NCBI GenBank assembly: GCA_965232115.1
Contig: OZ246958.1
Coordinates: 4,806,991 to 4,870,990, forward strand
Length of the DNA: 64,000 nt
Source of the DNA: Candidatus Poribacteria bacterium
Lineage (GTDB): Bacteria > Poribacteria > WGA-4E > WGA-3G
Direction of reading: 5' to 3'
Position numbers and translations under genes: made by a program. Positions within the stretch are counted from its first letter, which is position 1; every line of letters begins with the position of its first letter. Positions 9,590-19,660 of the stretch are shown here, piece by piece. The notes below the pieces were generated by a model. It did no database searches. It was not told the origin of the DNA and saw nothing but the letters and a program-made list of their open reading frames with translations.

Positions 9590-9725
9590 TTGCTGGCGAG
9601 GTTTTGCGGCGTACTCGCCCCCGGTGAAGCCCACACGGGCTTCATACCCGGTGAATGCCCATAAGGCATTCACACCGTTGATTCTGATTTGGAATGCCGT
9701 AAGGCATTCATATCGTTGATTCATG
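9590..9725. terminator. Cluster of three or four hairpins (GAAGCCC..GGGCTTC; GAATGCC..GGCATTC x2) between convergent genes
   Basis: Perfect short stems with 4-6 nt loops, directly repeated. Lies between the convergent PhyH and enolase-superfamily genes. Confidence 0.4.
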
Positions 9726-9767
9726 CGATGTGCATTCAAACTTCGCCTACTAATAACTAACCAATCT

Positions 9768-11003
9768 CTACCAATCAGCGACACTGCCATCTGTATCGTA
9801 ATAGTATTCGCCACCTAACTCCTCCGTATAGGTGTCAAGCGTCTGTTCAGCCTCTTGCGTGTTAATCTCAAACCCAAGTCCCGGTTTTGTCGGCAATTCG
9901 ATGTGACCATCTGTAACCTGCCACTCCTCAGTAAACAAACCGTCGCCCAAACCGGCATCAATTTGCTCTTGAATTAGGAAATTCGGCACAACAGCATCAA
10001 CATGAAGGGAGGCAGAAAAAGCAACCGGTCCAATAGCGCAATGCGGTGCAATGTGCATATAGTAAACCTCCGCCATGTTCGCAATTTTCTTGAGTTCCGT
10101 AATACCACCAGCGTGAGAGGTATCGGGTTGTAAGTAAGCGACCACCTGTTTCTCAAAAATCTCGCGGAACCCCCAACGCGTCAGCAGGCGTTCACCCGTC
10201 GCAATCGGAAACGGCACATGGTCAGAAATCAGTTTCAGCGCATCTACATTCTCTTGCGGAATCGGTTCCTCAACGAACATCGGACGCATGCCTTTAAGTT
10301 CATGACAAATTTCAATAGCGAGCGCAGGGGTCATCTTACCGTGAAAATCAAACGCAAGTTCGACATCCGGTCCCACCCACTCGCGCATGAGATACGCACG
10401 TTCTACAAATTCGTCAATAACCGCGGGAGGTTCATGTCCACGCCACTTGCCACCGGGACCAGTCTTAAACGCTGTGTAGCCACCTTTTTGTTGTAAAAAT
10501 TCGAGACGCGCTTTCGCAGCGGCTTTGCCTTCGTCTGTTAAACTCCCGATGCCCCAGTGCGCATAAACGCGGATACGGTCGCGCACAGCACCACCCAACA
10601 ATTGATAGGCAGGTACATCGTGGTATTTACCAGCAATGTCCCACAACGCCTGATCAATACCGGACAAAGCAGACATGAGGATGTTTCCGCCGCGGAAGAA
10701 AGCCGAGCGATAGACGTGCTGCCAATGATGCTCAATCCGTAGCGGATCTTTACCGATAAAATAATCGGCAAGCTCCTCAACAGCTGCACAAGTACTTTTA
10801 GGTTTACCCTCAAGCGTGGTTTCACCCCAGCCGATGATACCCGTGTCTGTCGTAATCTTGACCAAGCGCGTCCGACGGCGTGGGAAGAATTGTTCAATCT
10901 TAGCAATTTTCATTTTTTTTACTATGTGATCCTGGGCTAAAGAAATGCCCAAGCAAAACCCCTCTATTTTGTTTCGGGTAGCACGTAGGTTGGGTTGAAA
11001 CAC
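9768..11003 (-). CDS. Enolase-superfamily dehydratase (mandelate racemase/MLE family; galactonate/mannonate dehydratase-like)
   Basis: N-terminal KITTDTGIIGWGE capping-domain motif. TIM-barrel length is typical of acid-sugar dehydratases. Confidence 0.8.
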   Translation of the reverse strand: MFQPNLRATRNKIEGFCLGISLAQDHIVKKMKIAKIEQFFPRRRTRLVKITTDTGIIGWGETTLEGKPKSTCAAVEELADYFIGKDPLRIEHHWQHVYRSAFFRGGNILMSALSGIDQALWDIAGKYHDVPAYQLLGGAVRDRIRVYAHWGIGSLTDEGKAAAKARLEFLQQKGGYTAFKTGPGGKWRGHEPPAVIDEFVERAYLMREWVGPDVELAFDFHGKMTPALAIEICHELKGMRPMFVEEPIPQENVDALKLISDHVPFPIATGERLLTRWGFREIFEKQVVAYLQPDTSHAGGITELKKIANMAEVYYMHIAPHCAIGPVAFSASLHVDAVVPNFLIQEQIDAGLGDGLFTEEWQVTDGHIELPTKPGLGFEINTQEAEQTLDTYTEELGGEYYYDTDGSVADW

Positions 11004-11115
11004 AGTTGAAACCCAACTTCACACATTAGTCAGTAAAAAGGAGTCCGAGAATCCTAACATCTCTTGTGACTAACTGCTGACTGCTGACTGCTGACAACTA
11101 TTATAGGAGAAAAAT

Positions 11116-12453
11116 ATGTCTTCACGCCCCAATATTCTTTTCATGATTGCCGACGACCACCGATGGGATGCCATCGGCGGTATGGGCGATCCGACTGTGA
11201 AAACACCGACCCTCGATTCACTGATGGCACGTGGTACGACTTTCCGTCAAACACACATCATGGGTTCTCTCGTCGGTGCCGTTTGTGTTCCGAGCCGTGC
11301 CGCCGTTCTTACCAGCGCGAACCTGTTCCGTAGCGGGGGCAACCAAATTAATCGAGATTTAGCAGTCTGGCCAGAAGTGATGCGCGAGGCAGGGTATCAC
11401 ACATTCTTTTCCGGCAAGTGGCATAACGATCGACAAACGTTCACGAACAGCTTTGATGAGGGCGCAAAAATATTCTTCGGCGGCATGAGCGACCAATATA
11501 AAGTACCAGTCTTCGATTTCGATCCAACAGGAAAATATCCGAATGATGCCAAATACATCGGAGAAAAGTTTTCTACAGAACTCTTTACAGATGCCGCTGT
11601 GCAATTCATAGAAAACTACGACCAAACGGATCCATTCCTCCTTTATCTCTCCTTCACTTCACCACACGATCCGAGGACTGCACCCGGAGAATACGCGACG
11701 ATGTATCCACCAGAGGATATACCTGTCCCAGAAAACTTCGTCCCCGAACATCCATTCGATAACGGGGAAATGCGTATCCGAGATGAAGTGTTAGCACCCT
11801 TCCCGCGCACCCCCGAAATAGTCCAACAACACATCGCTGACTATTACGGGATGATTACACACATGGACGCTGAAATGGGACGCGTGCTAAGAACCCTCGA
11901 AGCCAAAGGACATCTCAACAACACAATCGTCATCTACACTGCCGACCACGGACTCGCCGTCGGGCAACACGGACTGTTAGGCAAACAAAATCTTTATAAC
12001 CACAGCATCCGCGTTCCATCAATATTCGCTGGCCCCGGAGTTCCCGAGGGCGTAACTGTGGATGCTTTAACCTATCTGTACGACGTATTCCCTACTGTTT
12101 GCGATCTCACGGATGTCACATGTCCAAACACAACCGAAGGGTGTAACTTAGTGCCGTTGATGAGAGGTGATATAGAACAGGTAAGAGCCACAGTCTTCGC
12201 GGCGTATAAAGACATTCACCGCACCATCAGCAACGGACACTGGAAACTTATCCGTTACTATGTGTCTGAGGAAACGGGTACTGGCACGAATTGTATCCAA
12301 CTTTTCGACCTGGAGCAAGACCCGTGCGAGACAACCAACCTTGCAGATATGCCCGAACACGCCGACCGTATCCGTTCACTCGCTGCTGATATGAAAATGT
12401 GGCAAATCGAAACGGACGACTTTATGAAGGACATACCGGTACTATTAGAGTAG
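11116..12453 (+). CDS. Sulfatase (formylglycine-dependent arylsulfatase family)
   Basis: CVPSRAAVLTS = C-x-P-x-R formylglycine motif. N-terminal ILFMIADDHRWD metal-binding motif. Confidence 0.85.
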   Translation: MSSRPNILFMIADDHRWDAIGGMGDPTVKTPTLDSLMARGTTFRQTHIMGSLVGAVCVPSRAAVLTSANLFRSGGNQINRDLAVWPEVMREAGYHTFFSGKWHNDRQTFTNSFDEGAKIFFGGMSDQYKVPVFDFDPTGKYPNDAKYIGEKFSTELFTDAAVQFIENYDQTDPFLLYLSFTSPHDPRTAPGEYATMYPPEDIPVPENFVPEHPFDNGEMRIRDEVLAPFPRTPEIVQQHIADYYGMITHMDAEMGRVLRTLEAKGHLNNTIVIYTADHGLAVGQHGLLGKQNLYNHSIRVPSIFAGPGVPEGVTVDALTYLYDVFPTVCDLTDVTCPNTTEGCNLVPLMRGDIEQVRATVFAAYKDIHRTISNGHWKLIRYYVSEETGTGTNCIQLFDLEQDPCETTNLADMPEHADRIRSLAADMKMWQIETDDFMKDIPVLLE

Positions 12454-12532
12454 TAGGCACACGCCGTTGTGCCGTAACCCATTGGAAGATTAGAAGAGTC
12501 CGTCTTCTTTTCTTCCAACCTTCCATTTTTTC

Positions 12533-13675
12533 CTATTTACCAAGACCGATAGCGATCAATCGTGCCGCTTGCTCCGCCGTGTCAGCGATTAACCGTGTCG
12601 CATCTTCAACAGCAACCTCAAGAGACATCGGTTCTTGGACGATGCCCAACATCGCATCAATACCGGCTTCGTAAACGGCTTCAGCACCCTCAGCAATGCC
12701 GCCAGCAATTGCAATGACAGGGATATTGTGTGCTTTCGCTACCTTTGCGACCCCAACAGGCGTTTTACCAAACGCCGTCTGAAAGTCCAATTGCCCTTCA
12801 CCTGTAAAAACGAGGGAAGCACCTTCCATGCGTTTTTCGAGTTTAACGGCATCAATCATAATATCAACGCCGAGTTTCAATTCCGCGTTGAGAAACGCCA
12901 TGAGCCCCGCGCCCAATCCACCAGCAGCACCTGCACCGGGGATGTTATTAAAGGATATCCCAAGCGTCTCGGTTAAAACCTTGTCAAAATGTCCGAGACA
13001 TTCATCTAAGGTTTCAATCATTTCAGGGGTGGCACCTTTCTGTGGTCCATAGACGTGTGAAGCACCCTCTGGACCCGTCAATGGGTTGTTCACATCGCAA
13101 GCAACAACCGTCTCGGTTTCAGCAATAGCCGGATGTAAACCCGTTATATCTATTGACCGCAATTGCCCGAGGCTCCCACCGCCGCGTGGAATCTGTTTCC
13201 CATCTGCATCCAGCGAGCAGACACCAAGTGCCTCCGCCATTCCGACCCCACCATCGTTCGTCGCGCTACCACCAATACCGATAATCAAACGTCTGCACCC
13301 CGCTTCTAAAGCAGCGTGGATAAGTTGCCCGGTACCATAAGTAGTCGTGCGAAGCGGATCCCGTTCCTGCGGATTAACAAGCGTGAGACCGGAGGCGGAT
13401 GCCATCTCAATAACAGCCGTCTCCCCATCTGCAAGGATACCAAATTTCGCCTCGACCTCGTTTCCGAGTGGCGCAAGCACACGACGCGTTTGAATGTGAC
13501 CACCCGTTGCATCAACGAGGGATTGCACAGTCCCTTCGCCGCCATCCGCCATCGGCACTTTTTCAATAACAGCCTCTGGAAATACGCGACGGATCCCTTG
13601 CTCAATCGCACGCGCAGCTTCAAGAGCACTGACACTCCCTTTAAATGAATCAGGTGCAACTACAATTTTCATGAC
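12533..13675 (-). CDS. Glycerate kinase
   Basis: MKIVVAPDSFKGS...ADGGEGT N-terminus characteristic of the GlxK/GarK family. The ORF runs upstream to 13738, but the start at MKIVVAP is the likely true one. Confidence 0.8.
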   Translation of the reverse strand, partial: VMKIVVAPDSFKGSVSALEAARAIEQGIRRVFPEAVIEKVPMADGGEGTVQSLVDATGGHIQTRRVLAPLGNEVEAKFGILADGETAVIEMASASGLTLVNPQERDPLRTTTYGTGQLIHAALEAGCRRLIIGIGGSATNDGGVGMAEALGVCSLDADGKQIPRGGGSLGQLRSIDITGLHPAIAETETVVACDVNNPLTGPEGASHVYGPQKGATPEMIETLDECLGHFDKVLTETLGISFNNIPGAGAAGGLGAGLMAFLNAELKLGVDIMIDAVKLEKRMEGASLVFTGEGQLDFQTAFGKTPVGVAKVAKAHNIPVIAIAGGIAEGAEAVYEAGIDAMLGIVQEPMSLEVAVEDATRLIADTAEQAARLIAIGLGK

Positions 13676-13774
13676 GGATAATTTATCACAAGCCTCACAA
13701 CTTGTCAAGTTCCTACCGAAAAATTGCTTGACACCCAATGCAAATTTATGCCAAAATCATAGTATCGGAGGTAA

Positions 13775-14620
13775 GTGGAAATGAGAGACATCTATACTAA
13801 ATTAGGCATTCGCTGGAGTGTCATAAGTGTTCTGATACTAATGTTCACCACACACGGATTCGCCGCCGTCGATCCGGCAACTGCTATAGCAGTTTGGCTC
13901 TTTGATGAAAAGAAAGGCGACCTCGCCAAAGACTTGTCGGAAAACGCGCTTGATGTGGAGCTCGGAAACGGTGTAGAATGGGCTGAAGGTGAATTTGGTG
14001 GTGGGCTGGAATTCGAGAACGGCAGCTTAGTTAACGCTGGCACTTCACCACTCCTAAACGTCGGAACAGAGAACTACTCTATAATGGCATGGTTCAAGTA
14101 TTCCAAAACCTCACCCAATTGGCACACGGTCCTTATCCAAAAAGCCGATTTCGCCATGCCGAGACACGGCTATCTCTTGGGAATCCGCGGAGACCTCGAT
14201 CCGAATAATAGAGGGAAACCCTTGTTTTGGTTTGGATTAGCGCAAGGCGCAGGTGTTCACCTCTTCGGTATATCCCCTATCAACGACGGAAAGTGGCATC
14301 ATCTTGCCGCAACTGCCGATCGGAAAGGCGCGATGAAATTGTATCGAGATGGAAAATTCGAGGTTGAAATAGACATCTCGGCACACCAAAAACAGAATGA
14401 GGATAACCAAAAACCTCTCACACTTGGTGGTGAAGTTGGTGTCCCTTCTCGAACCCTTGCAGATGGCATAATAGATGAAGTCGCACTGTTCAACGTCGTC
14501 TTGACAGAAGATCAACTAACGGAAATTGCCGAAGCGGGTCTCGCACGGGCATTAGGTGCGGAAGCTGTCTCGCCAAATAACAAATTAGCTACCGCCTGGG
14601 GAAAAATAAAGACGAGGTAA
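13775..14620 (+). CDS. Secreted concanavalin-A-like/LamG-domain protein
   Basis: Signal peptide. Pattern resembles LamG/pentraxin-like lectin folds. Function unknown. Confidence 0.4.
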   Translation: MEMRDIYTKLGIRWSVISVLILMFTTHGFAAVDPATAIAVWLFDEKKGDLAKDLSENALDVELGNGVEWAEGEFGGGLEFENGSLVNAGTSPLLNVGTENYSIMAWFKYSKTSPNWHTVLIQKADFAMPRHGYLLGIRGDLDPNNRGKPLFWFGLAQGAGVHLFGISPINDGKWHHLAATADRKGAMKLYRDGKFEVEIDISAHQKQNEDNQKPLTLGGEVGVPSRTLADGIIDEVALFNVVLTEDQLTEIAEAGLARALGAEAVSPNNKLATAWGKIKTR

Positions 14621-14710
14621 ACTACTACCTTACGGTTGTATTATAAACGATACCCTCGCTAACGAGGTCTGCTCTTCAACAATGGGTTAAAATAGAAAAA
14701 TAGGTGACAC

Positions 14711-15478
14711 ATGGATTGGAAACTGGAAACGACCGTCTCCGATGAACAAGTCGAATTTTACAAAGACAACGGTTATCTCACATTCGGACGTATCTTCACA
14801 AAAGAAGAATTAGACACACTCCGAGATTATGTGGACGATATGATCGAAAATTTGCCGGAAGGAAGACGTCCGGAACAGATGGATGTACCGCATTTTGAAC
14901 ATCCATTTCTGTTCAAATACCTGACACACTCCCGTGTGCTGAAGGTCATCGAACGGTTTATCGGACCAGATATCGTCCTCTGGTCGAGCCACTTTATCAG
15001 CAAACGGGAACACGACGGTATGGCAGTCCCATGGCATCAAGACGGCGTTTATTGGGGCAAGTCCCTTGAACCGATGCACGTTATCACGATGTGGTTAGCC
15101 GTCGATGAATCGACAGTTGAAAATGGATGCATGCGCGTCATACCCCGCAGCCACAGATTACGGGACCGCCGCTATGAAGAGGTCGATCGCACAAATAATC
15201 TCTTCGGGACCGAAGTCGTGGAAGCCGATTTAGATACGTCGAAAGTGGTTAATCTGGAGTTAGAAGTTGGTGAGTGTCATTTTCACGACGCATGGACCAT
15301 CCACAATTCCAGTCCCAACGCCTCACAAAAACGTCGGTGCGGTTACACCATGCGCTACATGCCAGCAAACGTCCGTTATCCCGGCGCAGAGTGGCGGCGC
15401 AAACACTATATCTACCTGCTGCAAGGCGAAGACAGAACAGAAGGTTTTAACACCTACACACCTGTCCCCGAATTCTAA
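14711..15478 (+). CDS. PhyH-family Fe(II)/2OG dioxygenase (second paralog)
   Basis: WHQDGVYW and IPRSH motifs of PhyH-like dioxygenases. Confidence 0.7.
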   Translation: MDWKLETTVSDEQVEFYKDNGYLTFGRIFTKEELDTLRDYVDDMIENLPEGRRPEQMDVPHFEHPFLFKYLTHSRVLKVIERFIGPDIVLWSSHFISKREHDGMAVPWHQDGVYWGKSLEPMHVITMWLAVDESTVENGCMRVIPRSHRLRDRRYEEVDRTNNLFGTEVVEADLDTSKVVNLELEVGECHFHDAWTIHNSSPNASQKRRCGYTMRYMPANVRYPGAEWRRKHYIYLLQGEDRTEGFNTYTPVPEF

Positions 15479-15596
15479 CAAAAGTCTGAACTATGATTTA
15501 TATGATTATCTGATTTACCCTGATTATCGGAAGTCTCATCCTTCTATCATGGTCAATCACATAAATCACAATAATCCTGGTCAAAAAGGAGAGGCC

Positions 15597-16457
15597 ATGT
15601 GTTCCTACTTTGATGTACATTGTCACATCGGAATGACGGTATCGCGTGCCCCTGTCGTTGGGCAAAGCATTGGAAAATGTCTGGCGCGGATGGCATCAGC
15701 AGGTGTTATCGGCGGGATGCCATGTCCAACAGCCGGCAGCCCCCAAGCACGCGGTGTATTGGACACACGCACACAACACGAAACAATCGCCAACGCATGT
15801 AAATTATATCCTGAACGCTTTCCGATTGGACTTGGAATCGCGGAAGTTCGACACGAACAAGCCGGCATTGACGAATTAGAACGAGCGATGCGGGAAGATG
15901 ATTTAGTCGGTTTTATGTGTCATCCAGGGTTGTCGGGACATTCACTCGGCGGTGAGCTCCACGGATTCCTTGAAGTCGTGGCAATGCACAACGGGCTCTG
16001 CCTGCTCCACCAGGCAGGTTCCACCCAGAACATCGCCGCTTATGCAAAGCGATTCCCATCGGTAACGTTTATTATTGGACACGTCTCAATGAACAAAGCC
16101 GGACACCTTGATGCAATAGCACAGTGCGCTAAGTCTGAGAACATCTGGTTCGACGTAGCACAGAAACCAGAAGGTGCAGACGCAAGTTGGGATCTGGTAC
16201 ATCTCATCAACAATCTTGGGAACGATAGAATCATGTTCGGGAGCGATCTGCCGTATTACGATTTCCGGTTGGTACAAGCACAGATTGAGTCAGCACAACT
16301 CAATGATGAAACAAAGGAGCGAGTGGCTTATCAGAACGCAGTTCGGTTGGTCCAGCAATTTCGCGCCGATTGGACACCGACACTAACTCCCATAAAGCCG
16401 CCACAGGCTTATTCAGATACTGAAATGTGGGATGCAAATGGAGCGAGGTTACGCTAA
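15597..16457 (+). CDS. Amidohydrolase-2 family metal-dependent hydrolase (TIM barrel)
   Basis: N-terminal FDVHCHIG metal-binding HxH motif. RBS aaaaaggagag sits upstream of the ATG at 15597. The longer ORF starting at 15267 overlaps the preceding gene and is probably not real. Confidence 0.6.
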   Translation: MCSYFDVHCHIGMTVSRAPVVGQSIGKCLARMASAGVIGGMPCPTAGSPQARGVLDTRTQHETIANACKLYPERFPIGLGIAEVRHEQAGIDELERAMREDDLVGFMCHPGLSGHSLGGELHGFLEVVAMHNGLCLLHQAGSTQNIAAYAKRFPSVTFIIGHVSMNKAGHLDAIAQCAKSENIWFDVAQKPEGADASWDLVHLINNLGNDRIMFGSDLPYYDFRLVQAQIESAQLNDETKERVAYQNAVRLVQQFRADWTPTLTPIKPPQAYSDTEMWDANGARLR

Positions 16458-16491
16458 TTGGTAAGCAGGACATTCAGACCGCAATAAATTG

Positions 16492-17355
16492 CTATTTGAC
16501 AACTTCAACGGCACGGATCCGACGACGAAGCACGAAAAGGTAGAAAACTATCAGCGCGATTTGGATAAAGAGGGACCAAATCCAATGCACGCTATAATCC
16601 GGTGAACCGCCAAATAGGGCTGTGCCGAGAATGTCGTAGTTCGCCCAAATCGAGACCAAAGCCACTTTGCTGGTGCGTGCTATCTCTTTAAGAACTTCAT
16701 AAAGGACAATTGAGCCAAACCACACGGCAGAGAAACCGATGATGGCATAACGCGCATTTGTGGTCAGCGATGAAAACACGAGTATTAACAGACCCGTAGA
16801 CAGGATAATAATTACGGAGTAGGCGATGATTGAAAAAGGAACCCAATAGTTATCTTTCAGAAAAGCCGTGCCCGCTAATAGCGACTGTTCAAGAAATAAT
16901 AACAACCCAGGGACCAACGTCAGGCAAGCCAATAAGATACCAATAGCAGCAAACTTACCAATTAAGTAATCTATCCACGAAATCGGTTTAGACAGATAAA
17001 GGGACAGCGTGTTGTTTTTCAGATCCGTAGCAATTAATCCCGAACCTCCGAAAACAGCAACCAAGGCGACGATAAATGTCGATGGAAATGGATAGATTCG
17101 GAACAGAAATTTTTGGAAAAATTCGCTATCAACCTTAATAAACGCGAACTCCACACCCGGGACCTGATTAATGATATAGATAAGTACTGCGTGGGCAAAG
17201 ATGTACATTAAGGGTGGAACAGCGACAATCAATCGGACGATTTTGCGCTGTGCAAGCAGTTTCAACTCTGCCTTCGCAATAATCCACCACCGCGTATGAC
17301 TTTGGGTTTTCAGCGTGCCTTCCCAATGTCGGTAGTTCTGTGTGTGAATAGGCAT
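16492..17355 (-). CDS. Polytopic membrane protein, ABC-2 permease-like
   Basis: About six predicted TM helices. No adjacent ATPase gene, so the assignment is weak. Confidence 0.35.
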   Translation of the reverse strand: MPIHTQNYRHWEGTLKTQSHTRWWIIAKAELKLLAQRKIVRLIVAVPPLMYIFAHAVLIYIINQVPGVEFAFIKVDSEFFQKFLFRIYPFPSTFIVALVAVFGGSGLIATDLKNNTLSLYLSKPISWIDYLIGKFAAIGILLACLTLVPGLLLFLEQSLLAGTAFLKDNYWVPFSIIAYSVIIILSTGLLILVFSSLTTNARYAIIGFSAVWFGSIVLYEVLKEIARTSKVALVSIWANYDILGTALFGGSPDYSVHWIWSLFIQIALIVFYLFVLRRRIRAVEVVK

Positions 17356-17554
17356 ATTTTTTTCGTTTTCAGTTGTCGTTTAAGAAGTTTTCGTTTGAAT
17401 TGGCTATCGGCTTTCAGCCATCGGTGTTTGGCTGGAAGGAAACCGTAAGGTTGAGTCCCTTCTTCCACCCCTCCCCTCTTCCATCCCAGTCTCTTGCTGA
17501 CTGTTGACTGTTGGTAGAAACCATTCCCCTGACTGCTGACGGCTGACAGCCAGT

Positions 17555-18055
17555 TCAATACTTATAGATAGCAGTTCTCTCTAAGGTATCCGTGAACGGA
17601 CCCTGTTTCTCAGTCTCGATTTCAACCACTATGACACCTAAATGGGTATCGCGTTCCGGATCCTCCTCAATGAAGACGCGTGGGATCTCCGCCGTTAAGA
17701 GCCGATCCAGTCTATGGAGTTCCTGTGACCAACGAAGGTCAATTAGTCTGCCATCGTAGACTTTTCGATGCTTTGCACCATTACGGATGGAGTAGACTTT
17801 AGCATTGGTGGTAAAATCGGCTTCAGAAATCGTACTTACCCCAACACTCGGACTGAGAATGCTCTGGTTCCATATAAGCGGCGTGCCATTTCTATCCACC
17901 AAATAAATCCGTAAGTCGATCCTGTCAACGCGCGGATCCGATTGAAGTTCAATCCCCTCAAAATTCTGGATCACACCACTCCCACATGAAAAAATAAAAA
18001 GAACACAGATCCCAACGAGCACAACACTCCGCAATTTCAAATTCAAGCGAAACAC
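17555..18055 (-). CDS. Hypothetical secreted protein
   Basis: N-terminal hydrophobic signal (VVLVGICVLFIFSCGSG, possible lipobox). No recognisable family. Confidence 0.4.
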   Translation of the reverse strand: MFRLNLKLRSVVLVGICVLFIFSCGSGVIQNFEGIELQSDPRVDRIDLRIYLVDRNGTPLIWNQSILSPSVGVSTISEADFTTNAKVYSIRNGAKHRKVYDGRLIDLRWSQELHRLDRLLTAEIPRVFIEEDPERDTHLGVIVVEIETEKQGPFTDTLERTAIYKY

Positions 18056-18284
18056 ACCTATTCTCCTCTTTTATGCCTCTTAGGGGCAGCTTGCAGGCTT
18101 CCCATAGCAGTCTGTTTCATCTATTATATCCTTTCTGAGTGTCAGAAGTCAATCCTATTTCTATAGCGAGCTTTAGCTTGCCACGCCGCCAAAATCAACC
18201 TTGAATCTTTTTCCAAAAGTGATATAATGACAACCATGACACCCACTAAAGTTTTAATCGGTTCAGAGAATTCGGAGGAACCTC

Positions 18285-19367
18285 ATGAAAGCTGCAGTAT
18301 TATATGAAACCGACACGCATCTAAAAATTGAAGAGTTCGACTTACCGCGTCCGAGTGCAAACCAAGTTCGAGTGCGATTGGTCGCCAGTGGTGTCTGTCA
18401 TTCCGATTGGCACGTCGTTAAGGGAGAGTGGCCTTTCGTCAAGTTACCCGTCATCCTCGGACACGAAGGGGCTGGCATCGTAGAAGAGATCGGAAACGAT
18501 GTAACCCAAGTGCAGGTCGGCGACCATGTGATTCTCTCATGGAAACGGAACTGTGGATTTTGTGAGATGTGCCAGAAAGGGTATCCGAACCTATGTGCAC
18601 TCCCCGCTGACGGTTCAGGCAAACCCGCTATCAAAACAAGTGGACGTGAAATCGATCAAATGTCCGGACTCGGAACCTTCGGTACCGAGACACTCGTCCC
18701 CCAAGACGCTGTGGTTCCTATTGATAAAGATATGCCATTCGCACAAGCCGCGTTAATTGGATGTGGCGTGATGACAGGGGTCGGCGCGGCCATCAACACC
18801 GCACAAGTTACCCCAGGCAGCTCGGTCGCCGTTTTTGGATGCGGTGGGGTCGGACTCAATTGCATACAAGGTGCTGCGCTCTCTGGTGGCGAACCAATAA
18901 TCGCTGTCGATGTGTTAGATAACAAACTCGAACTCGGCAGACAGTTCGGTGCTACGCATACCGTTAATGCCGCTGAAGTAGACCCCGTAGCACAGATTAA
19001 AGAGATTACCGATGGGCGCGGGGTCCACTATGCATTTGAGGCAATCGGTCTGATTGGCGAAACCTTCCGGCAAGCGATCCTCTGTACACGGAGCAGAGGC
19101 GTGACGGTTTTCGTCGGACATGCCCCAGAAAACACCGCCGTTGAATTTGACGCACGGATGCTGATGCCAGAAAAAATGGTCATCGGTTCGATGTATGGGA
19201 CAGCGCGCCCGCATGTGGATTTCCCGCGTTTGGTTTCGCTCTATAAGGGCGGACAACTCAAACTGGACGAACTCGTCACGCGTACGTACCCGTTGGAAGG
19301 AATAAACGATGCATTCGAGGCATTAGCAAGAGGCGAAGTCGCACGGAGTGTACTGGATTTGACTTAA
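18285..19367 (+). CDS. Zinc-dependent alcohol dehydrogenase (MDR family)
   Basis: GVCHSDWH catalytic-zinc motif, structural-zinc Cys cluster (CGFCEMCQKG), GxGxxG NAD motif. An upstream promoter matches TTGAAT-16-TATAAT. Confidence 0.8.
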   Translation: MKAAVLYETDTHLKIEEFDLPRPSANQVRVRLVASGVCHSDWHVVKGEWPFVKLPVILGHEGAGIVEEIGNDVTQVQVGDHVILSWKRNCGFCEMCQKGYPNLCALPADGSGKPAIKTSGREIDQMSGLGTFGTETLVPQDAVVPIDKDMPFAQAALIGCGVMTGVGAAINTAQVTPGSSVAVFGCGGVGLNCIQGAALSGGEPIIAVDVLDNKLELGRQFGATHTVNAAEVDPVAQIKEITDGRGVHYAFEAIGLIGETFRQAILCTRSRGVTVFVGHAPENTAVEFDARMLMPEKMVIGSMYGTARPHVDFPRLVSLYKGGQLKLDELVTRTYPLEGINDAFEALARGEVARSVLDLT

Positions 19368-19377
19368 AATCGAAAAA

Positions 19378-19410
19378 AGGGACGGTTATGCAAAGACCGT
19401 CCGTATCTTA
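19378..19410 (+). terminator. Hairpin GGGACGGT-loop-ACCGTCC after the adh stop codon
   Basis: aaaaaagggacggttatgcaaagaccgtccgtatctt. Stem of 8 bp followed by a weak T-run. Confidence 0.4.
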
Positions 19411-19660
19411 AGAAAGACTTTTTGAAGGAAAGAAAATCCGTACGCAATCTTTATCGATCATCGGTTGGGGGAGAAGGCACAATAGTCTCGGGCACATGCG
19501 GCCCCTCGCCTTCACCTTGCAACTCAATCAGGTAGTTCCAAGTTTTACCGTCTTTATCCATCGCGTTGTAAATTTCAATCCAGGCCTGTTCACGAGGCAC
19601 TTCGCTGATGTCCCAACCTGTTTGAAGGGTGCCATCTGAAATAGCAGCTAATTGTTCATC

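Noticed and set aside
15267-15596. N-terminal 110-aa extension of the amidohydrolase ORF, overlapping the preceding PhyH gene
   Set aside because: The extension overlaps the 3' end of the PhyH gene in another frame and has no homology signal. A good RBS precedes the ATG at 15597.
19446-19640. Small minus-strand ORF downstream of adh (about 60 aa, ...MDKDGKTWNYLIELQGEGEGPHVPETIVPSPPTDDR)
   Set aside because: No in-frame ATG with an RBS gives more than 40 aa. It may be a real small protein with a non-ATG start, but the evidence is insufficient.
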